Source: a virus (Duplodnaviria; Heunggongvirae; Uroviricota; Caudoviricetes; Schitoviridae). Taken from it: a stretch of 11,880 nt of DNA. Positions within the stretch are counted from its first letter, which is position 1. Every line of letters starts with the position of its first letter. Shown here piece by piece: positions 1-5,025 of this stretch. The stretch lies in IMG/VR virus record IMGVR_UViG_2974672398_000001, positions 1-11,880 of that record; one strand, written 5' to 3'. The notes below the pieces were generated by a model. It searched no databases, was not told the origin of the DNA, and saw only the letters and a list, made by a program, of their open reading frames with translations. The position numbers and the translations under genes are program-made.

Positions 1-168
1 TTCTAGATCTGATTCGTCTAGGTCTAAGTCTTCTAAGGTGTCACGTAGAAGCTTAGTTGAATGTGCTTGACCTACTTTAGCTACGTTGTCTAAGCCTACC
101 ATGGTGCGTTCTGCTACTGAGCCTAGCATGAATAGAGCTTTGAATAGTTGACCGATTGATGCGAACAT
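1..168 (-). CDS. Partial hypothetical protein (5' part; runs off the left edge), probable first early gene
   Basis: Not in the ORF track. Hand translation from ATG at 168 gives 56 open codons: MFASIGQLFKALFMLGSVAERTMVGLDNVAKVGQAHSTKLLRDTLEDLDLDESDLE. RBS AAGGA (176-180) lies 7 nt upstream. Confidence 0.75.
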   Translation of the reverse strand, partial: MFASIGQLFKALFMLGSVAERTMVGLDNVAKVGQAHSTKLLRDTLEDLDLDESDLE

Positions 169-205
169 AATGTATTCCTTTGTAAGTTAATTGATTGTTC
201 ATCTT

Positions 206-220
206 AACCTCGTAGAGGTT
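206..220 (-). promoter_or_regulatory. Candidate N4-type virion RNA polymerase hairpin promoter driving leftward transcription
   Basis: The + strand reads AACCTC-GTA-GAGGTT: a 6-bp stem with a C(GNA)G triloop. The + strand is the template for the ORF at 168->1, which matches the template-strand hairpin of N4 early promoters. Caveat: the central loop base is T, whereas N4 promoters have a purine. Confidence 0.5.
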
Positions 221-235
221 GCTCTTGATCTTAAT

Positions 236-247
236 GGGGGGGGGGGG
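236..247. repeat. G12 homopolymer (C12 on - strand)
   Basis: Twelve consecutive G in an otherwise AT-rich intergenic region. Confidence 0.95.
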
Positions 248-325
248 TTCTTCTTTTGAAAGGCAAAAGGGGTATAGTACTACTAGCGTACGTAATAATT
301 AAAAATTTCAAAATACCTGAGGTAT

Positions 326-350
326 AAAAAAAGCCCCTTAGTTGGGGCTT
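326..350 (-). terminator. Rho-independent terminator for the - strand clpP-like operon
   Basis: Stem AAGCCCC (331-337), loop TTAGTT, GGGGCTT (344-350). The A run at 326-332 is a U7 tail on the - strand. It starts 15 nt after the stop at 366. Confidence 0.85.
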
Positions 351-365
351 AGTTTGTGGGAGAGA

Positions 366-692
366 TTATTCCTCTGGTTTGTCCTCTACCTTTTTCTTTC
401 GTGGTTTACGCTTCTTGGCTACTTCAGTAGCAATAGCCTTTTCACGTTCATCAATGATACCGTCACCATTTAGGTCCTGTGCTTGAGCGACTGTTTCAAA
501 TAGTGCATTGAAGGTTACTGGATCATAGATGTTAATCTTACCTGCATCTGATTTAGTAACGATATGGCCTTTAGATGGCATGATAAGGATTTGTTTCTTA
601 CGGATAGCTGCTAAGAACCATAGAGGTTGTGTATCTGTACCGAATTGGAATGCCTCTACTTTTACTGGTTTAGCTACAAATTGTTTACTCAT
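366..692 (-). CDS. Hypothetical phage protein with one canonical EF-hand loop and a Lys/Arg-rich C-terminus
   Basis: 108 aa. RBS GAGGAG lies inside the upstream gene, whose TAA abuts this ATG. N-terminal KPVKVEAFQF resembles a common small phage domain. DLNGDGIIDERE is at aa 73-84, followed by a KKRKPRKKK tail. Confidence 0.85.
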   Translation of the reverse strand: MSKQFVAKPVKVEAFQFGTDTQPLWFLAAIRKKQILIMPSKGHIVTKSDAGKINIYDPVTFNALFETVAQAQDLNGDGIIDEREKAIATEVAKKRKPRKKKVEDKPEE

Positions 693-1253
693 TTATTTCT
701 CCTCGTAGTAGGTTTTGTTTACAAGAGCTTTAGTCTCGTTAGCTGAGAACCATAGATCAGTACCGTCCATTAGACGTTCCATGTCTCGTTCATCTAGGTA
801 CTTTGAGTAGATGTCAGCGTAGACTTCGTTCATGTATTTCTTTTGGTACTCCATTTGTTTCTCTGTATCGGAGCCTTTGCCTACTATACCACCTGATTCA
901 CGGTGAAGCATTAGTGAGCCGAATTTACCTACTTGTTTATTTTTACATGATAGGAAGATTAGGGAGCCTGCTGAGAAACCATCACCTACTAGGCGTGCTG
1001 TTACTTGACCTTTACACTGTTCGATAGCATCGATTAGGTGTACTGCCGTATCTAGACGACCACCCGGAGTGTTGATTGTTACTAATACTTTGTCACCTTT
1101 ACGTGCTTGACGAAGGATTTCGAATTCACGTGCATAGTCACTAGGCTGTTCAATAGGCTCTAGTAAGTCGATATACCCTGTACGGTAGTCACCGTGGTCT
1201 GAAAATAGTGGGATGTCTTTGGTTGGTGCTTTTGGAATTAATAGATCGATCAT
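693..1253 (-). CDS. ClpP-family (S14-like) serine protease; start reassigned to ATG 1253 (186 aa)
   Basis: Motifs INTPGG, GFSAGSLIF (Ser), LMLH (His) and DLWFSANE (Asp). Ser-His and His-Asp spacings are 23 and 49, close to ClpP. RBS GAGG lies 9 nt before ATG 1253. The track's GTG start at 1283 lies only 2 nt past the -10 box, upstream of the expected TSS. Confidence 0.85.
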   Translation of the reverse strand: MIDLLIPKAPTKDIPLFSDHGDYRTGYIDLLEPIEQPSDYAREFEILRQARKGDKVLVTINTPGGRLDTAVHLIDAIEQCKGQVTARLVGDGFSAGSLIFLSCKNKQVGKFGSLMLHRESGGIVGKGSDTEKQMEYQKKYMNEVYADIYSKYLDERDMERLMDGTDLWFSANETKALVNKTYYEEK

Positions 1254-1277
1254 AGGGTGTATCCTCATATTGTTTGG

Positions 1278-1306
1278 TTGCACTTACTATAAGGTTACTA
1301 TATCTT
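1278..1306 (+). promoter_or_regulatory. Weak sigma70-like promoter candidate for the late/packaging operon
   Basis: TTGCAC (1278-1283), 17-nt spacer, TATCTT (1301-1306). It has the same -10 hexamer as the phoH promoter candidate, but only 3/6 at -35. Confidence 0.35.
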
Positions 1307-1315
1307 AAGTGTCAA
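1286..1315 (-). promoter_or_regulatory. sigma70-like promoter for the clpP-like operon
   Basis: On the - strand: TTGACA (1315-1310, perfect), 18-nt spacer, TATAGT (1291-1286, 5/6). Confidence 0.75.
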
Positions 1316-1340
1316 CAGATTATTATTGAGGATTGCCCGA

Positions 1341-2039
1341 ATGAGTAAAATGACAGAAGAGGATTTTAAAGCAGCACTACCTGCACAGATGAAGAAGAAT
1401 GTTAATACGGCATTGTTGGACAAGGTTAATGACCTTATTGCTAACGATGATGCTAGAGAAGAGTTTAGAGATAATATTATTGGTATGAGCCATGTACTTA
1501 AAGAAGGTAAGTTTAAGTTAGATAGTTATGTTAATGCTGTTAGGTACATTGGATTTACTATGCAAGGTAAGAAGAATCAAGAAGCCTATGCTCTTACGTT
1601 CCCTGATAAGACTAAGAAGTGGGGCCAAATGGGTAAGACAGCTAAGGATATTAGCGCGGCTGTTAGTATTTATAATAAGAGTAAGTTGGTCAACTTGGTT
1701 CGGGAGGCCGCGATGATTCCGGCTGCAATTTATAATGCTGATGTCTTTCAAGAAGCTGTTAATACTCAAGCCCACTTAATGCGTACTGCACATTCAGAAA
1801 AGGTACGTAGTGATGCAGCTGCTTGTTTGATTAAAGAGTTACGTCCACCAGAGATCCAGAAAGTAGAACTAGATATCGCAGTTAAAGAAGATAGCGCTAT
1901 TGCTAGCCTACGTGATACTACTGCTCAGTTAGTGGCTCAGCAGCGAGCTATGCTCCAGTCACAAGAAGTGAGTGCGAGAGATATTGCAGAACAACGCATG
2001 GTAGTTATTGAAGGAGAATTTGATGAAATTGCAGACTAG
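1341..2039 (+). CDS. N4 gp69-like conserved protein; candidate terminase small subunit (232 aa from ATG 1341)
   Basis: It heads the operon containing the large terminase, as gp69 does in N4. It is helical-looking and ends in IEGEFDEIAD, a TerS-like tail. RBS GAGG (1328-1331) precedes ATG 1341. The TerS role is inference. Confidence 0.7.
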   Translation: MSKMTEEDFKAALPAQMKKNVNTALLDKVNDLIANDDAREEFRDNIIGMSHVLKEGKFKLDSYVNAVRYIGFTMQGKKNQEAYALTFPDKTKKWGQMGKTAKDISAAVSIYNKSKLVNLVREAAMIPAAIYNADVFQEAVNTQAHLMRTAHSEKVRSDAAACLIKELRPPEIQKVELDIAVKEDSAIASLRDTTAQLVAQQRAMLQSQEVSARDIAEQRMVVIEGEFDEIAD

Positions 2040-2343
2040 GTTATTTAAAGATTATGAATCTTACAGGTGTTTTGGAAGGAAGAGTTTATTGTTAAAACTA
2101 TGCTGGCCTTTTGTACGTAAGAGCTTTGCTGCTAAGTTTGCTATAGATAGACTTACACACCAACTAATGTTTCAGCGCACCTTACACCTTGAGTATAAAA
2201 AGAAGTATCACTCACTGCATAAGGAGCATAACAAGTACCTTGCCCTATACGGGGAGGCTGCTCAGTCTAATGTAGACTTTGATCTACCTATAAATGCTGC
2301 TTCAGCTGCACACGAATTATTTATGGAGGCTGATGATGATTAG
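2023..2343 (+). CDS. Hypothetical protein (106 aa from ATG 2023)
   Basis: RBS AAGGAG (2011-2016) precedes ATG 2023. It overlaps the upstream stop by 17 nt. No recognised motif. Confidence 0.75.
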   Translation: MKLQTRLFKDYESYRCFGRKSLLLKLCWPFVRKSFAAKFAIDRLTHQLMFQRTLHLEYKKKYHSLHKEHNKYLALYGEAAQSNVDFDLPINAASAAHELFMEADDD

Positions 2344-2575
2344 CTTTGTATTTGAATATGAAGATGGTTCCCTAGAGCTTCACGGTGAAGTCGAAGGTTG
2401 GGTTCACCCTTTAAAAGATATGGATATCCAGGGTGTATATCATCTTGGTGCCCCTAATTACCACTTCTGGAAAGATGCTATGCATATGTTAGGTCCTAGC
2501 GAACACTACTGTGTATTCCCTGTAGATGAGGAACGATTTGATCAGCTTAAATTGGAGGCAATGCTTTATGGGTGA
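2336..2575 (+). CDS. Hypothetical protein (79 aa from ATG 2336)
   Basis: GGAGG (2325-2329) lies 6 nt before ATG 2336. It overlaps the upstream gene by 8 nt. Acidic; no recognised motif. Confidence 0.75.
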   Translation: MISFVFEYEDGSLELHGEVEGWVHPLKDMDIQGVYHLGAPNYHFWKDAMHMLGPSEHYCVFPVDEERFDQLKLEAMLYG

Positions 2576-2678
2576 ACCTCGAGTAGTATGTCCTAAGTGT
2601 GGTAGTACAGATATTGGATTAGTCTGGGGCTACTTAAATTTTAACTATAGATGTAGGGAGTGTCACCATGGCTTTTGA
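2568..2678 (+). CDS. 36-aa zinc-ribbon microprotein (C-x2-C-x17-C-x2-C)
   Basis: Below the track's size cut-off. Hand translation: MGEPRVVCPKCGSTDIGLVWGYLNFNYRCRECHHGF. GGAGG (2554-2558) lies 9 nt upstream. It exactly fills the gap between flanking genes, overlapping them by 8 and 11 nt. Confidence 0.8.
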   Translation: MGEPRVVCPKCGSTDIGLVWGYLNFNYRCRECHHGF

Positions 2679-4272
2679 TTTAGATGTTGACCAGAAGACT
2701 GTTGAGGATTATCTCAATGAAGTGGTCTACAAAGACCAACTAACATACTGTCCTAGCGACTTTGCTTTGGCCTTTGTAACGTTTATCAAGCTGGTAAATG
2801 GAGCTGAGGGGGAAGAGAACAAGACACCAGTAGTACACTACAAGATGTTGGACACTATTACTGAAGGTAAACGACGTATCTGTAACCTGTGTCACCGTGG
2901 TATTGCTAAGACAACAGTTATGGGTGAGTACTTATTCCTGTATCTAGCGGTATATGGTGAGTTACCGGGGTTTGGTAAGATCGATCTTTGTTTATATGTG
3001 TCGGATTCCATTGAGAATGGTGTGAAGAACATGCGTAAGAACTTAGAGCACCGTTGGGATAGCTCAGATTTCCTTAAACACTATGTACCTAACACTCGAT
3101 TCACTGATGTTCGTTGGGAATTCAACAATATCGATGGTACTAAGATGATCGTTAAAGGATATGGCGCTAAAACAGGTGTTCGTGGTGCGAAAGAGATGGG
3201 TAAACGTCCACAACTAGCTATTCTCGATGACTTGTTCTCGGATGAAGATGCTAAATCACCTACAGTTATTGAGAACGTAGAGGCAACAATCTATAAGGCG
3301 GTAACATACGCACTTCACCCTGCCAATAACATCATAATCTGGTCAGGTACTCCCTTTAACGCTAAGGATCCTCTGTATAAAGCGGTTGAATCTGGTGCAT
3401 GGGCAGTAAACGTGTTCCCTGTGTGTGAACAGTTCCCTTGTACTAAGGAAGACTTTAGAGGTAGTTGGCCTGACCGTTTCACTTACGAGTATGTAGCTGA
3501 ACAATACTCTACAGCAGTTAAGACTGGTAAGGCAGATACGTTTAACCAAGAGCTTATGTTGCGAATCATGTCGGATGAAGACCGTCTGATCCTTGATTCA
3601 GATATTAGTTGGTACAAGCGCTCTAGTCTGTTAAGTAATATGGAAGCATATAACTTCTATATCACTACCGACTTTGCAACCGGTGCAGAGAAGCACAATG
3701 ACTACTCAGTTATTAGCGTGTGGGCTTACTCTTCTAATGGTGATTGGTATTGGGTAGACGGTGTAGTGAAGAAGCAGGACATGTCTAAGAACGTTAATGA
3801 TCTATTCCGCTTGGCCCAGATGTACAAACCACAATCAGTAGGTGTGGAAGTAAGTGGTCAACAAGGCGGCTTCATTAACTGGATACAAGATGAGATGATG
3901 CGTAGACGTTGTTGGTTTGCATTGGCTTCAGAGAATAACTCCAACAAACCGGGTATTCGTCCTGTACCTTCTCAGAAGAAGATAGATCGATTCCAAGTAG
4001 TAGTTCCATGGTTCAAAATGAATAGAGTTTTCTTCCCTCAGGAACGTAAACATTCACCTGAGATTGCACAGGCAATGAATGAGCTAACTTTGGTATCCAA
4101 ACAGGGCTTTAAATCGAAGCATGACGACTTCTCAGACACTATAAGCATGTTATCAGTACTATCGCCTTGGAAACCCTCTGAAAGCGTCACAGGTAGCTTT
4201 ACAGACGGTATTTACGAAGTGGATGATGATGGCGATGATTACGACAGAGGTATGTCTTCTTACGTGGTATAG
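2668..4272 (+). CDS. terL: Terminase large subunit, N4 gp68-like
   Basis: 534 aa. N4-type Walker A variant CHRGIAKTT, Walker B LAILDD, coupling region SGTP, and RNase H-like nuclease motifs ITTDFA and HDDFSD. RBS GGAG lies 7 nt upstream. Confidence 0.95.
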   Translation: MAFDLDVDQKTVEDYLNEVVYKDQLTYCPSDFALAFVTFIKLVNGAEGEENKTPVVHYKMLDTITEGKRRICNLCHRGIAKTTVMGEYLFLYLAVYGELPGFGKIDLCLYVSDSIENGVKNMRKNLEHRWDSSDFLKHYVPNTRFTDVRWEFNNIDGTKMIVKGYGAKTGVRGAKEMGKRPQLAILDDLFSDEDAKSPTVIENVEATIYKAVTYALHPANNIIIWSGTPFNAKDPLYKAVESGAWAVNVFPVCEQFPCTKEDFRGSWPDRFTYEYVAEQYSTAVKTGKADTFNQELMLRIMSDEDRLILDSDISWYKRSSLLSNMEAYNFYITTDFATGAEKHNDYSVISVWAYSSNGDWYWVDGVVKKQDMSKNVNDLFRLAQMYKPQSVGVEVSGQQGGFINWIQDEMMRRRCWFALASENNSNKPGIRPVPSQKKIDRFQVVVPWFKMNRVFFPQERKHSPEIAQAMNELTLVSKQGFKSKHDDFSDTISMLSVLSPWKPSESVTGSFTDGIYEVDDDGDDYDRGMSSYVV

Positions 4273-4317
4273 AGGTATACTCTCAGGTTGTTAATAAATA
4301 CACTATAAGAGGTTATT

Positions 4318-5025
4318 ATGAAATTATCCGAATTATTTAGTTACCTAACCTACGGGGAACTATCAAACTTAAAAGTAGGGGGCAAAGAGTGTGGAGGTAT
4401 CTACCCTAAGTATAGTGATGAGGTGCTTAGCTTTGTTAAGCAAGGACTTACTGACCTACACACACGCTTTCCACTGAAACAGAATGAAGTGGTTGTACAA
4501 CAGTTCGACCATATTACAGAATACGTCTTACGCTATAAGTACGCAGAGAGTAATCTAACATCTACTGAACCATACAAGTGGATTATGGATACTAAGGAGC
4601 GTCCTTTTCAGTCAGACATTATAAGCATTGAAGAGATCTACGATGAAGTAGGTAATGAGTTATACCTCAACTACGGCAACCAGAAGTACTCGATCTATAC
4701 ACCAGCATATGACATTGTTCAGGTGCCTTACCCGTATGCGGATAACGCTATGGCAGTTATCTACAAAGCAGATCACCCGACTATCGATCTAGGCCAGTAC
4801 AAGCCAGAAGATGTTGAAGTGGAGTTACCTGTTGTATTAGTACGAGCACTAATCCTTTATGTAGCTTCATTGGCTCATTCAGCAATTGGTAGTCCAGAAG
4901 GTGTGCAGACAGGTTTTGCTAAGATGCAGGAGTATCAAGCTCTATGTATGGAATTGGAACTACGAGGTGTAGTTGCTAAAGAAAATTGGACTAATGAACA
5001 GATTGGAGGTAACGGATGGGTATAA
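4318..5025 (+). CDS. N4 gp67-like virion protein (putative head-tail adaptor)
   Basis: 235 aa, directly after terL as in N4. N-terminal MKLSELFSYLTYGELSNL and C-terminal helical ALILYVASLAH...YQALCMELE resemble this family as recalled. RBS GAGG is present. Confidence 0.75.
   Translation: MKLSELFSYLTYGELSNLKVGGKECGGIYPKYSDEVLSFVKQGLTDLHTRFPLKQNEVVVQQFDHITEYVLRYKYAESNLTSTEPYKWIMDTKERPFQSDIISIEEIYDEVGNELYLNYGNQKYSIYTPAYDIVQVPYPYADNAMAVIYKADHPTIDLGQYKPEDVEVELPVVLVRALILYVASLAHSAIGSPEGVQTGFAKMQEYQALCMELELRGVVAKENWTNEQIGGNGWV

Noticed and set aside
803-1027. 74-aa + strand ORF
   Set aside because: Antisense shadow of the clpP-like gene, with no RBS or motif.
1254-1283. Track start sites at 1283, 1326, 2008, 2294 and 7916
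   Set aside because: Each lacks an RBS or runs into a promoter or terminator. Downstream ATGs (1253, 1341, 2023, 2336, 8000) have well-spaced RBSs.
1518-1775. ORFs 1518-1775 (-) and 1528-1716 (+); the latter was checked as a nested lipoprotein (MLMLLGTLDLLC)
   Set aside because: Both lie inside the gp69-like gene. There is no valid lipobox, charged N-region or RBS.
3343-3549. 68-aa - strand ORF
   Set aside because: Antisense to the conserved terL gene.
2668-4272. Possible intein, intron or homing endonuclease in terL
   Set aside because: The ORF is uninterrupted and of ordinary length for the family, with no splicing or LAGLIDADG/HNH motifs seen.
4275-4281. GTATACT upstream of the gp67-like gene, also at 7967-7973, as a late promoter motif
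   Set aside because: Two short occurrences with no convincing -35; not distinguishable from chance.
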